This document shows, in pieces, positions 1-16,970 of a stretch of DNA of 64,000 nucleotides (positions are counted from its first letter, which is position 1; the number at the start of each line of letters is the position of its first letter). The position numbers and the translations under genes were made by a program. The stretch lies in NCBI RefSeq assembly GCF_009914755.1, contig NC_060929.1; one strand, 5' to 3'. The notes below the pieces were generated by a model. That model did not search any database and was not told the origin of the DNA. It saw nothing but the letters and a program-made list of their open reading frames with translations. This DNA comes from the human T2T-CHM13v2.0 reference genome, Homo sapiens.

Positions 1-33
<33 letters not shown>

Positions 34-68
34 GCAGTAGTGGTGGTGGTGTTGGTGATGGTGTTGAA
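1..68 (+). repeat. (ATG)11 trinucleotide microsatellite followed by a GGT/GTT-rich tract
   Basis: atg repeated at 1-33 (cut by the window edge), then gtagtggtggtggtgttggtgatggtgttg. Confidence 0.95.
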
Positions 69-143
69 GATCACCATGTCTGACCACTGTTGTCTGTGTC
101 CTTTGTACAATTGTTCAGATGCAGTGTCCTGGTTGTCACATAG

Positions 144-308
<165 letters not shown>

Positions 309-879
309 TAAAAATGGATTTTCTGAAAAGGCAGATCACATTGAACTCCCAGCATTGATCATTGCTTTGTTTTGGAGTAGGGTGACCAGATTTTTCCTGT
401 CTGAGTTGGGAGGACTTGAGAATTAACTCAAGTTGTTGAAATAAAACAGGGCTTAGGACTTGTCTAGTTGAGTGTACCAGCGCTAAATTGAGCATACCAG
501 CAAGGGTGGACTATCACTGCTGAAGACAGAGAAGGGAGAGCAGCTTTTGTAAGTAAACAAGGTGGAACATTCCAGATGCATGTCCACTAGGAACCTTTTC
601 CTCTGGCCTACAGTCACATGGTGCCCAGTCTCAGGGTCCTGTGAGCTTGGTTTCCTAAGGGGCTTCATTGCGTGTTAATTCTGCCCATAGATGCTGGTTA
701 TTCAAGGTCATTACTACATATTGAGCTATTCTTCTGCATAAACAGTATGTTCTGAAGATCAGGAAATTTCTGCCCCGTCATCTGATTATTTTTCTTCTCC
801 CGACACAGAACCCAGCTCGAACCCTTTAACCTCTGCCCATCGTGCTTTAAACCAAGGACCCAAAATTCAAATGCTTTCA

Positions 880-1365
880 GGGGCCAGTCACCAACATAAA
901 TGAGTATGCCCAACCATGTCACTCCTCTGCTGAAACCTGCCAATGGTTGTCCATCTCACTCAGAATAAAATCCAAACATTGCCAGGCCTGAAATGCCTTT
1001 GCCCCATGCTTATTTATTTATGTGTTCCTCCCACATATAAAACATGATAGATGTGCTGTTTCCCTTTTTTTGAGTCTGATATCACCTAAGCATAGAGGCT
1101 TGCCTTCTCTGATCACCCTGTCTACAATTCCCAGTACCTCTCCATCCACTAAAAGTCATACCTTACTTCTTTATTTTTCTAATTACGTATAATCGGAAAT
1201 ATACATTATCTTATTTGGTTATTGTCTAGCTATCCTCATGAGAATATGAGCTCCAGGAAAGTAAGCATGTTTTTCTGTTTTGTCATTGCTGTGTCTCTAG
1301 GTCGTATAACAGCACTTGGCATATAGCAGGTGCTCAGTAAATACGTTTGAATGAATAAATGCATG
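880..1365 (+). mobile_element. L2 LINE 3' fragments
   Basis: catgtcactcctctgctgaaacc...cagaataaaatccaaac and the terminal gcaggtgctcagtaaatacgtttgaatgaat typical of L2 3' ends. Confidence 0.65.
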
Positions 1366-1511
1366 ACATGTGCCAGGCAGGGACTCTAATGTTTAAAAAA
1401 GGATGAGGGCTACTCAGCCTTGACTGATTGATACCATGTGGGATTGGACCATATAGTTGCTAGGATTCCCAATATTTCAAGAGAAACTGAAAATTTCCAT
1501 GTTTTGTATGA

Positions 1512-2007
<496 letters not shown>

Positions 2008-2712
2008 AGCATTTTATAACCTCCTTTATCTTTATTCCTTCTCTTTAGAGTAAACCTAAAGATGATCATCAGTCCATTTGGCTCATTCTGTACGTAGCAG
2101 GCTTTTAACTCCCTTTCCTGTAGAACAGTGATTCTTTTAAATGGGGCCTGTGTCATAAGAAGCACTAAATAAGTGCTGTATATTATTATTTTGCTTTCTA
2201 TCTGGTAGAGTGAGGCTCTCTGTCTTTTGCATTATCAACATAGGCAAGTAACTACTCAGTACTGCCAGTCCTATGAGCCTTTTGTTTGATGGCTTTTGTG
2301 GCTGGCTCTTCTAACACACATCCCTCACTGTTGCCCCATCAATCTTTACCAGGACACTCCCCTACTCTGGAATGGTCAGTAGCTCCCTGCTGCCTACCAA
2401 ATGAAGTCATAAATGCATTAGCCCAATCATTTTCAGCTTCTGTGATCTGATCTGGTCACAACCACATTTTTCAGTCTTTTCATCAACTTTTTTCCATCCA
2501 AATATCCAGCCAAAATGGATGTCTGGATATTGCCCAAACATGCTGGCACTGTCTTACATGCAGGCTTAGCCTCTGCCTCTTTCTTTGCCTGAAATTCCTT
2601 CTTGTACCTTTCAACATGTTGAAATCCTACCTAGTTTTCCAGGTCCAGCACAAATGTACGAAGCTGCTCTAGCTGTGACCGCTCCCTCTTCTAAATCACC
2701 AAGCTCTCTTTA

Positions 2713-4135
<1,423 letters not shown>

Positions 4136-5989
4136 CTCTGCCTCTTTTTTTTTTTTGAGTCATTTTTATCTATGAACTTGTCACAGCTCCTCTCTTAGAC
4201 TGTAAGAGTTTAAGGCTTGTGCCTATTTGTGAAATAAATGGAGTAATAATAGATCTTCCTCATAGAGATCCTGTGTGAATTAAATCGTATAATACAGGAT
4301 AAGCATTTGTACATGTGCTTCTTATGCACTGTATTCATTTATTTATTCCTTTAGCAGTTTATGAGAACCTCTTAGATACTCAGCACAAAGACTCAGAAAT
4401 GAGTTAGGCATGGTCTGTGCCCTGGAGAAAATCAGACCTCTTCTGATGTGATGTCTCTCAGGAATCTCAAATGCACTGCACCCCAAACTCAACTCATTGC
4501 CAGGTCCCTGAAGCCCACTCCACACTCCACCTGAATTCGGGATCTCAGTTTATGGGACTGCCATCCTAGATCTCAAGCTGCCCTTGCCCCTCCCTCTCTG
4601 TCACCTGCCTGCCACTTCCATTCACCCACCAAGTCCTGCTGCTTTTGGCCCACCTGTCCCCACTCCCTCCCCACTTGGGCTGGACAAGCTACCCTGCCTC
4701 TGTCCCTTGCCCTGTGTTCTCCGAGGCCCTGTGCATACTTAGGTCACTGTGCCCATTGTGCTTATGACATTGTAAGGCAATTCTCTATTTGTAGGCTCTC
4801 CCCACATTTAGTGGACCCCCCGAGGTCAGGCACCCTGTTTTACTCTTTTATCCTCAACACCCAGCAGGGTGCCTGGCGTGCAGTGGGTACCCAAGTTTGT
4901 TGAGCAAATGAAGGCACTAATGAAATGAAGTGAGTGAATAAGTGAAATAATCCCTGAAAATGCTGTCATTTCTTACCTTCATATTCTTGAATGTGCTTTC
5001 CCCTCAGATTGCTCTTCCTTATTCAACAAATGTGTTTTCTAAATGTGGGAATCCACATTTCAGGGAGTAAGGAATTGCCTGTTCAGACTTTCTGGCTCAT
5101 CCCTGAAGCCTTGCAAAGGTTGTAAGTTGCAAGCTGTGTCATTAGTCTCAATGACTTTGGAGTTTGCTAGTGTAATTACAATGCTAAGAGTGCTGAGAGG
5201 GGAGAGCCAGAGGCCTGCGGCAAGCATACTTCACTAGGAGCAGAAATGTACCTGAAATAGAAGGAAGCAACAAACAGGGTTTTCTTAAGATATAGTTTCA
5301 TTTTCATAAAATGAGCCTTTCCAGCAATTCCTAGAATAGAAATATCTCCTCCAAATTAAAGAAAATGATGTTGGAAAGTAGTTACTCAGGGGTCAAGGGT
5401 CCCTGTCTTAGCACTGAAGGCCCCAATCTAATTTTGAATTGAAATTTGACAAGGAGGAGAGATCCCCATTCCACCTGTCACTTTTAATTTTCCAGATGTG
5501 ATTTTTTTGGTTAGTTTCCATTGCTTGGGAATATTAATCAATATTTGTGGTAAACACCATAAATGTCAAGTACTTTTGAAATCCCAGGAGGGCCCCAAGT
5601 GGGTATAGGATGGCTGGTTGCAACTCTCATTCTTATACGGGATTAGTGACAGTTTTTTTCTTCTTTTCAGGGATAGGAACATTGCAGTAAAAGGTTTTAG
5701 CCACTAAAATCACAGGAACCATGGGGCTAGGATGGATTTCTTGTTGGGCTTAGGGCTTTGCGATGACCATTCCTGATTTTTCTATAGATCAATTCCCTGA
5801 GCAATGAATTGTTGGTGACAAATGAGCAAAAGGGAATTTTGCAAAAATAAAAAGCAAATGACTTTTACATGACTAGTACCCTTTCATCCTCTCTTTGCCA
5901 CAGTCTAATTTGTCAGGTAACTTCTTGTTTACTTAAGTCCTAAGGAATTTAGCTTTTGTGGTGAGAAAGGGAGCATGGTTTGATAGAAA

Positions 5990-6110
5990 GTGTATATATA
6001 TATATACACACACATATACACACACACACACATATATACACACATATATGTACATATATACACACACATATATATATATACACACACACATATATATACA
6101 TACAGATATA
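5990..6110. repeat. Compound (TA)n/(CA)n microsatellite
   Basis: Seen directly; abuts the tail of the downstream L1. Confidence 0.95.
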
Positions 6111-6112
6111 TG

Positions 6113-6863
6113 CTTTTATTTCAATACGTTTGGAGTACAAGTGGTTTTTTGTTACATGGATGAATTATATAGTGGTGAATTCTGAGATTTTAGTGCACCC
6201 ATCACATGAGTAGTGTGCATTGTACCTAATATGTTGTTTTTTTATTCCTAGCCCCCCTTCCACCCTCCCCCTTCTGAGTCTCCAAGGTCCATTACGTTAC
6301 TCTGTATGCCTTTGCATACTCATGGCTTAGCTCCCACTTATAAGTAAGAACATGCTGTTTTTGGTTTTCCACTCCTGTGTTACTTCACTTAGAATAATGG
6401 CCTCCAGCTCCATCCAAGTTGTGGCAAAAGACATTATTTCATTCCTTTTAATGGCTGAGTAGTGTTCCATGGTGCATATATCCCACATTATCTACTCATT
6501 AGCTGATGGGCACTTAGGTTGGTTCCACATGTTGGCAATTGCGATTTGTGCTGCTATAAACATACATGTGCGAGTGTCTTTTTCACATAATGACTTCTTT
6601 CCCTTTGGGTAGATACCCAGTATTGAGATTGCTAGATTGAATGGTAGATCTACTTTTGGCTCTGTAAGGAATTCCTATACTGTTTGCCACAGAGATTGTA
6701 CTAATTTGCATTCCCACCAGCAGTGTATAAATGTTCTCTTTTCCCAACATTCATGCCAACATCGATTGTTTTTTAACTTTTTAATAATGGCCATTCTTGC
6801 AGGAGTAAGGTGGTATCTTATTGTGGTTTTAATTTGCATTTTCCTGATGATTAGTGATGTTGA
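6113..6863 (-). mobile_element. L1PB-like 3' end
   Basis: gttacatggatgaattatatagtggtgaattctgagattttagtgcacccatcac..., gctcccacttataagt, gggtagatacccagta. Confidence 0.85.
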
Positions 6864-9800
6864 TAATTTAGATAGAATATTCTCCCTTATCTGGGAGAAC
6901 AGGAAAAAAATTCTACATTCTTTCTGCAGATAATTGGCTAGTGACTTTATGCCAATTTAATCTCTCTAGACCTTGTTTTTTTAATGCAATAAACTATACC
7001 ATATTTGAAATCTTCTTCTTATATCTGAGTTTCCTGACTTGGCTGACAATTCCTATTCTCTTTTTCTATCTCCCAAGCTCCTGAATCAGAGACCTAAAAT
7101 AGATTTTGCTCAAGTGCCAGCCCTGGCTGATTGGGGATGGCTGCCTGTAGAACTGTGTTGAGGAGGATGCAGAAGCTACACATTGGCTCAGTGGGAAGAA
7201 CTTGGGAATTGATTAGTGCTGTCTGTCATGGCATGAGATTGGAGAACAGTGATGTATGCAAGATACTTGCAAATATTATGTATTTACTGCAACCGTTGGT
7301 GTTTTTCTGGCCCAGTCCAAAAACTCTTGTATAAACAAGATTCTCTTGCACATATTCTTGCTTCCTTTAAAAAAGCTGTGGTATAAAAGCAGAAGAGTAA
7401 TGGAAAAAACCGTCTTGGAGAGCCTGCCTTTCCTGGGGAACAATTTCCTCAGGCTACATGCCGTATTTTATCAAATTTAAGATACTCCATGATTTTATGT
7501 GCCCATAAGAAAGAAAACTTGCTGCCAATTATAATGTGACACAGATTGTAATCTTCAGAGAGGTTAAAATATATTTTTTGAAAAGTTTGACTCAAAATGC
7601 CTACTGTGTAATGGATTGCACCTTGAGCCCTCACACACAGGTAGGCAATATTGCTATCTCCTGTTGTTTGGGGGAACAGATTGAGCAGCAGAGGATGAAA
7701 GCATCATGCCTAAAGTTACACTGCTGGTAGGAATAAGCAGGATGTGAACCAGGGACACCAGAGTGCGTATGTCTCCAGTCATCTGTGCTCCCTTCCAGGA
7801 AGATATTGTCCTGTCTCACAGGTCTTGGAGCAGCTTGAGGAAAAATGTCCAGGCTTGTTTGTGCGTGGTGAGGGTGTGCCTCAAGAACCCTCCCTGGCTG
7901 ATGCATCCTGTTACTGACTGCTCTAGAGAGGGCTGTCCCGTCTCCTGCCACCCCAGTGATGGGGATGAACAATCCCATAGGGAGAATCAACCAGGGAACT
8001 TGAACACTGCCAGAAGTTCTTGGAAGGAAAACAATCTGGTGATTTTGTTGAAATTGGGATCTAGCCTTTATTTTGGGTAGTTAAAATAAGCCTCTGGGTG
8101 ATATATTTTGGGCCTAATTACCCCGGTTTTCACAGAGGAGGCTATTGAGTGATTAAGTAAAGGTAAATGCTTGGCATCATAGCAGCTCCAGAAATTCAGA
8201 GCAGTTTGTTCAAAAAGAAAAAAGAAGGAAATTGGAAGTCACCTTTTCCTCTGCTGCTTCACCTCATAATAGTGCTGGAGACTCCAGGAGGCATCTGTGT
8301 CATCAGAGACTGGGCTTCAAAGCTCTGACTTCACTTTTCACTCCTGGGACACCAAATTGGAAATGACCCATCTAAGCAACTACTCTGAGCCAGACCATGA
8401 GCCCAGAGACTGAGTCAAGGACTGCAGCAGGACAGTAGCAACTCCTCCCAACCCCAGTCCGTGGCAAGCAGGAGGGAGGACAGTCTAGGATACGAGGAGG
8501 TGTGGTTCTCAGCCAGGAGTGGTTAGTTGGCTCTTGGCCTTCACTCAGCACCCCTGTACCTTGTTGAAAAGTAATATTTATAATAAAGCTATCATTTAAT
8601 GGCACAGGCACCCTGTATGCTAGGCAAATAGCTAAGCACCTGGTGTGTTTTACCTTACTTCACCTGCATCAGGTGCTCATATTTTACTGAGATAACTGAG
8701 ACACAGGGAGGTCATGCAACTGGCCCATAACCACACAGCTTGTTAGTGGAAGAACTAGGATCTGAACCCAGGGAGTACTGTTTTGGAGTCGCTGCCCTTA
8801 AATAGTGTATTGTACACTCCTAAGCGATGAATAACTAAGGTTAGTCTTTAGGAATCAAACATTTTAAGGATAATAATTGAGCACTTTGAACTCAGTTGCC
8901 GCCTTGCCTAGATCATGGAATCTAATGAGATCACCTATGTGGCAACTTTCAGAAACATAAAATGGCACAGAATTTTTGGTGGTTTTATGATGACAATGAT
9001 ATGTTTAGGATTGATCTCCTAAATTCTGGTAATTAAACCACAAAAACTCTAAACTTAGAAAGAGAACTTTTTCTTTATGTGAGTGTTGGTACTTATGAAA
9101 TAGCAGGCTTAACAGAAGAGGACAAGGCTGGCATGGAGTTTGCAAAGGGTTCTGGAGGCAAAGTGTCCTTCTCCTTCTCCTTCTGCCTTTAGCTCATCTC
9201 CAGGCACGGTTCATCTTGGTCCCTAAAGACCTTTCAACTCTAAATGCTTCCTTCCCATTGAGATCGCTAGCCTGAGTCTAGCCACAACCACCTCTTACGG
9301 TTGTCCTTGGCCTGCAGGACAGTGTCAATGAACACCTGCTAAATGAATGAAAGATGTTTACTGTCTACTTTTATTTCCACACAAACCATCATTCTTTTTC
9401 TCAATATGCAAGTGTTATTACTGTTAGCTTTATGTCATGATTAGATGCCGAGAGTAAGGGTTGTTGCAGAATAACTGGATTGAGTGGAAGACAAGACTGG
9501 GGGTGGGGAGCGGAAGCATCCCCTCCACAGAATGCACTGTCGGTATTAACAGTTCACATTTATGGACCGTTTATGTGACCAAGATGGTACCAAGCACTTT
9601 AAGGGCATTCTCTAATTTAGTCAGTGAGGTTGGCAATAATTACTGTCTCATCTCAAAGAGGAAATGGCCATTAGAGAGCTTGAACGCCTTCCCAGCATTG
9701 CAAGCCTGGGAAGGAGGAAGCTAGGATTTGTATCCCATCCGAGTCTGCCAGGGCTCAAAGCCCATCTTCTTAAGCAGCTCACTGTATGTGTCTAGGAACT

Positions 9801-11010
9801 TGTTTTCCTGAGGTAAAATTAATTTAATTGAGAAAATTCCTGAAAGTGTATGTGCAAGGGTATGTTTGTGTCATATATATGTGTACCTGTTTGTGTGTAT
9901 GTGTATGTGTGTTAAGGGGAGATCAGGGAAAGAATCAAGTTAAGAAAGAAAATAGTAAAAAAAATTAGACAAGAGACTTGAAATGACAGTTTGTAGCCAA
10001 AAGGTGGCATTGTGAGCTTGGGGTAGCTTGGTTGCAGCTTAATATGGTAATATGGATGGTGTGCAAGTTTTCTGGAGGCGGAAGCATTGCCTTAATAAGG
10101 ACTTTGGTGAACACATATCAGGGCATACTAGGCCTAAAATATATATACAAAACATAGATTCATATCTCAATTTTCAAAGGACCTGTAGCATGTCTGGACG
10201 GAAGTCATTTATCAAGGTAGACTTCACGGAACTGGAACTGGGTCTTGAATGCCACGAAAAACTTTAATGGCTGGAGAGGAAGGCTTGGTGCATTTTAAGT
10301 GGGAGGAGCATTTCTTGCCCTATGCCTTCTTGCAGTCTGCGAAACTCTCGTCATTCTGCTAGGCCATCTTTCCGGTTGTTCGTTGTCCTTGTTTCAGTTA
10401 CAACATTACCACATGTATTGGAATTTTCTCTTTACCTATCTGTGCTCCACAGTAAAGTGAGACCCATGTGGGAAGGGACCACTTCCTTTTATCTTTCCAT
10501 TCATCCTTCCATCCGTGGTGTGTAGCAGGCACTCAATTCAAGCTATGGCAGTAAATTAATGGAAAGAACAAACTAATTGAAGGAACAAATTAATGACAAG
10601 CTTTACAAAGTTCAATTTAAAAAATAATGTGAATAAAGTTTTGTTTCATGCCAATCTTTCCTGTAAAGATTTTTTAAAATATAAAATTCCCAAATACCTT
10701 ACTAGCTCTGGGTGACAGAATTTTTTCAGGCAAACTAAAATATGACAGCTGGAGCATAAAAGAGCATGCTTCATTCTCCAAATCTTTCTTCCATCCCATG
10801 ATTAGCTGCTGCAGAAATGAGAATTAAGAGGGAATATGAGGTTCCTTGATTTGTTAAGATAGCTACTGCATTCTCCCTGCTGTGTCCAATGGAGCAGACC
10901 TTTGCTATGGGTAGGGAGTGCTCCTAGATAATGATGATGATGTCACTGCTGCCATTGCTGTTGCTGCTGCTGCTGTTGCCATGAAAGTTTCACTTGACTC
11001 AGTACATATG

Positions 11011-11378
11011 TGTATTAGTCTGTTTTCACACTGCTATAAAGAACTGCCCAAGATTGAGTAATTTATAAAGGAAAGAGATTTAATTGACTCACAGTTTCTC
11101 ATGGCTGGGGAGAGCTTAGGAAACTTACAATCATGGTGGAAGGGGAAGCAGGGAGGTTTTACACGGTGGCAGGAGAGAGGGAGAGAGAGAAGGGGGAAGA
11201 GCCCCTTTATAAAACCATCAGATCTCATGAGAAGTCACTCACTAGCATGAGAACAGCCTGGGGAAAACTACCCCCATGATCCAATCACCTCCCACCAGGT
11301 CCCTCCCTCAACACATGGGGATTATGGGGATTACAATTCGAGATGAGATTTGGGTGGGGACACAGCAAAACCATATCA
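11011..11378 (-). mobile_element. MaLR solo LTR (MSTA/THE1-like)
   Basis: tgtattagtctgttttcacactgctataaag...gggtggggacacagcaaaaccatatca. Confidence 0.88.
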
Positions 11379-12363
11379 CCATGCCTCGTGTTTCTGCAGA
11401 GTAGGTAAATTCAGGCCCTGGGGAAGCTGGTGCCAAAGCTGGGGCCTTCATTGGCCACATAGGGACTGCAGCTGTCAGCACAGAGAGAGAGAGGGAAAGA
11501 GAGAGAAATAGAGTTTGGAAATTGTTCAGCAAGAGCTGGGAAATGCAGTCACACAGAAGAATGACTGGTCCATCATCAAATCCTAATGAAATTACCTCCA
11601 AATATCTCGGTGCCTTTCAGCTTCTGTTAGTGGAGCTGGACAAATCTGATTTGAGACAAGTAATTTTAAGCGTGTTCTTAAAGGTAAGACTCCACTGTAT
11701 CTCTTGTCCTATTTCCTGGCAGTGGAAGAGGGGCCAGCTTTTTCTTGTCCTTGGAGAACTTGAGAAACAGCGTATCTGCCATTTGGGCGTTGGCTGAGTA
11801 CCTCCATCCCTGACATTGCTTTCCAAGTGCTGTGGAACTGGGGACAAGCTATGTGGTTTGAAAGGAGTTGACAGGCTGGGAGCCAGTGTCCTCCTTTCCT
11901 CAAGAAGGGAGGAGGTCTCCTCATTCCACAGCTAGAAAGTCTCTTCACAGTGCAGATCCCCATTTTGCTTCTCTGTAAAGTGGGGCTAGTAATGGTCATT
12001 ACCTGCCAAGCTTGTGGTGAAGACTGAATAAAAACATGTTTGAAGCTCACTTCACAAGGCTTAACACATAGTAGGCCCTTGGTTAATAATAGCCATTATT
12101 ATTCCTCTTGTGGGCTCCTCTCCCTGCTTTGACACAAGTGTCAGGAATAAGATTACAAATTATTTTACAGGCCTGCCTTTCAATCTTTCCTGCATTTGTG
12201 AAGTAATGTTCAGCTGTTGCTATGGCTGGGCTGTGAAGAAAGCCTCTGTGAAATACAATAAGGCACACTGTGTCTGCTGTGAAGGCCTGGAACACACATT
12301 GGAAGGAGAAATCCTATCATGAGTGTCCTTCCCTGGGGGTGTTGTTGAGGGTCTGACAATTCC

Positions 12364-12704
12364 TGATATGGTTTGGCTGTGTCCCCACCCAAATCTCATC
12401 TTGAATTCCCATGTGTTGTGGGAGGGACCTGGTAGGAGGTAATTGAATCAGCCAGGCAGGTCTTTTCCATGCTGTTTTCATGGTAGTGAATAAGTCTCAT
12501 GAGATCTGATGGCTTTAAAAAGGGGAGTTTCCCTGCACAAGTGCTCTTTTGTCTGCCACCATGTGAGATGTGCCTTTTATCTTCCACCATGATTGGGAGG
12601 ACTCCCCAGCCAAGTGGAACTGTAAGTCCAATAGGCCTCTTTGTTTTGTACATTGTCCAGTCTCAGGTATGTGTTTCTTAGCAGCAGGAAAATGGACTAA
12701 TCCA
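12364..12704 (+). mobile_element. THE1 (THE1A/B-like) solo LTR
   Basis: tgatatggtttggctgtgtccccacccaaatctcatcttgaattccc...aatggactaatcca. Confidence 0.9.
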
Positions 12705-13134
12705 CTGCCCCTGGGAAAATCCTGTTGGAACAACTGCTAATGAAATAGGCTTTCTCACAAATCTCAGGCCCATCGCCCCCGTCCAGGGCACTGGCTTTAA
12801 GTGACTCAAAGGAATCAATTCTGTCAAATGATCCTTCAAAATCAAAACCCATTTTTCCAGATTTATGTTACATTCATGCAGTGATGCATTTGTGTAGCCA
12901 TTAAATGATATTTATGATGATTTTTAACAACACAAGACTATTCTGTGAATTCTATGTAGAGAGAGGGTTGCAGGAATGAAGCAGCAACGACAACAACAAT
13001 AATAACAATAAAGTCATCAAGGAAACTGAAGTTCAAGGAGGGGAAAGAAATATGGCCCCTCACCAGAGGGCTTCGATCTCCCAGAGCTCAGAACATGTTC
13101 TAAGGCTCACATTGTGTTAGCATCTTCTGCTTAA

Positions 13135-13892
<758 letters not shown>

Positions 13893-15232
13893 CTGTAACA
13901 CTTTCATGTATATAATTTCACTTTTCTTCTGAACAGTCTGTAAAGCCAGAGAGGCACAGGGTTTCATTTTAATGATAGAGGTGATGTGTGGAGGTGAAGA
14001 TATTATTCAAAATTATGCAGAAAGTCAGGGGCAGAAGTCAGGACCCCCAGCCTGTCCTGGTCTGTCTCTCTTCCCCTGGACTGCTTTTCCTTGAAATGTC
14101 TCCATTATCATATATTCTCCCAATTCATTCAATAAACATATACAAAGCATTTACAGCATCTCAGGCAATTTGAGAAGCCCTTGGAGAGTCCCAGAGATGG
14201 AAATGACAATTGTGTCCCCCCAGAATTTTCTTTCTGGTGGAGATGAGCATGAGAGATTGACAAAAGAAATGTCAATATAATATGAAAAGTGGCAGCCTGC
14301 ACAATGTGCTCTGGGTACTTGGAGGATGGAGTGACTAATTCCATGGTAGCAACGGGGGATGACCAGAAAAAGTTATAGAGAGGAGGTGACATTTAAATTG
14401 CAACTTACTGTCTGGCATCGGAGTTAGGAGCCCAGGCTCCCAAGCTTGGCAGACCCTCAAAGAACTCCAGCCTTCACCACCTCCTACCTGTGTACTCTGA
14501 CAGATTACTTATCTCCCCCTAAGCCTCCATTTGCTCTTCTGGAAAATGGGGGTAATCATAAACTACCTTGTGGTAATTTTTTTGAAGAATAAATGAGATA
14601 ATGCAGGCAAAGCCTTTAGTAACAGCTCATTGTAACTTCAAGAAACTAGAGTTTTTATTATCACTATCAGTAGTAATAATGCGACTCTCCTTTTCTTTCC
14701 TCTAAATTAAAATTATTTCCTGTGGTAGATAGGTAATGGAATAGTGTCCCTGGTAGGGAAAACAGAATTTGCAAAGTTACTGATATGTAGCAGCCTCTGA
14801 CTTTTTGGAAAGTGGCAAGGAGATGGGGTTGGGGGAAGTAGACCAGTAGGAAGTTAGGCTATAAGCGCTAGAGTGGCGTTAGATTATAAGGAGACTTATT
14901 TGTAGGGGAAGGAATTTTTATGCTCTAGGATGGTAGTGGGATGCAACTAGAGATATAAAAACCAGGGAATGACATTGCTAGATGTGTGTCTTAGAGAGAG
15001 GCCCCAGGCAGCTGTGAGGGGGTGGAAAATGGTAAGAGAACATAGATGTTGAAGAACAGTGCAGGGGTCTACATGGAAGAGACCAAGGATCCCAATGGTG
15101 AAGTCTTTCAATTAAACTAAACAACACTTCCTGGATTTGGACATTACAAGATGAGGAAAGCTGCTCCTACTCTTGGAGTTTAACGTATGGTGGGAAAAGG
15201 GGAAGGTAATGAGAAAGAGCCACAAGAGAATA

Positions 15233-15606
15233 TGTATTGGTCTGTTTTAACACTGTGATAAAGACATACCTGAGACTGGCTAATTTATAAAGAAAAGAGG
15301 TTTAATTTACTCACAGTTCCATGTGGCTGGGGAGGCCTCAGGAAACTTACAATCATGGCAGAAGGCAAAGGGAAAGCAAGGACCTTCTTCACATGGCAGC
15401 AGGAGAGAGAGAGCAGTGAGGAGCGAAGGGGGAAGAGCCTCTTATAAAACCATCAGATCTCATGAGATCTCACTTGCTATCATGAGAACAGCCTGGGGAA
15501 AACTGGCCCCATGATCCAATCACCTCTCACCAGGTCTCTCTGTCAACATCTGGGGATTACAACTCAAGATGAGATTTGGGTGGGGACACAAAACCTAACC
15601 ATATCA
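15233..15606 (-). mobile_element. MaLR solo LTR (MSTA/MSTB-like) with 5-bp TSD
   Basis: tgtattggtc...aaacctaaccatatca; gaata immediately on both sides. Confidence 0.9.
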
Positions 15607-16855
15607 GAATACAAAAATAGCATTTGGATGGGTTCAAAAGGAGGCAATGTGACATTCAGGTGGGGTGAATCAGAAAAAGACACCTGCTTATTGTCAGAAG
15701 CTGCCCACCAGCCCCTGAGCTCTTTGGTACTAGGGTAGTGTCTGCACTGCATTTTCCGCTCAGTGTCCTTGGCACCTCACCTGGCAGAGATAAGGGGCTT
15801 GATGACTGTTTACTGAAAAAAGTGAATACAGACTGAGGTTCATCTGAGATTTTTGGAGCTGAGGGGTGCATATTAGTGGAGATGAGGTAGAGCTTCAATC
15901 CTTGAAACCCACTCCAGGTCAGCAGCCTGAGTTTATGAGTGCTGATGTTTTGTGTTGCTTTGATTTTGTTCCCTTTGATCCCTGACTCTCAGCTACTGAA
16001 GGTATATTGTTTTTTATTTTAAAACAAAAAAGCACACCAAAGACAATGACACCAGCAAGTAACTTCTCATCACCTCCATCACCCATCCGTGATTTCTGTT
16101 TGTAGAATTGAATTTCATCGGGCTTGGTGTGCTCAGTGGAAACACTGTGTGAATCACTCTCAAGTTCAGCAGTTAACATGACTCAGCACTTGGTTCATGA
16201 GCAAGAAGGCTTTTCTGTCAGCATAACCAGGGTATCATAGCAGTGTGTCTGCTACCTGGGAAACCAAGATGAAGCACCAAGTAGAGGTCACCATGTTTAA
16301 CTAATGATTTAAGAAATAAAGGTTTTTGTCAGGAGCAAACATATGGGTTTCATTTGAGTAAAATCTAATATAGTATACTTACGGATTCTAAGAATTTGTG
16401 AAAGCCATTTATGATAATAAAACTCTTATTTGCTTCCAAGCAAATGATCTTTTGGTGCGATTTTACTGTCTTTTCATTTTAGTTCTGCTTTGAGCCAAGG
16501 CAAAATGCTTTGCCCAAAATGTTCCTTTAGTTAGACCTTGTCTCTTAAATTGCATTTTCTCCAGAATGGACTAGGTCACATGTAATAAATTCTGGCATTT
16601 TAATAGAAACATTACAGGGAAAATAGTCAACAATCTGCTTTAATTTCAAAAGTCATTTACTCTTTGATATGGTAAGGCAGTATCTGGTAAAATGTGCAGA
16701 ATGCATTGGGATTTACTTATGATGACAATTTATTCTGAAACAATGTGAAACTGGACCATCAATATTCAGGACAAAGATCTTGGCAGGGGGAAGGGTACTG
16801 GGAGCAAACATTAGTGTCTTTTTATTCCTGGGTCCTGAATGCCATGTAGACCTCA

Positions 16856-16970
16856 GGGATTACAGGTGCACGACACCGTACCCGGCCCCTCTCTCACTTC
16901 TCAAATATCTTCTCCACATAGCAGCCAAAGCAATCATTGCAAAATTTGGATGGGAATAACATTACACTCT
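16856..16970 (-). repeat. 115-bp perfect inverted copy of 18047-18161 (templated insertion)
   Basis: Base-by-base reverse-complement identity; flanked by direct repeat acctcagg. Confidence 0.95.
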
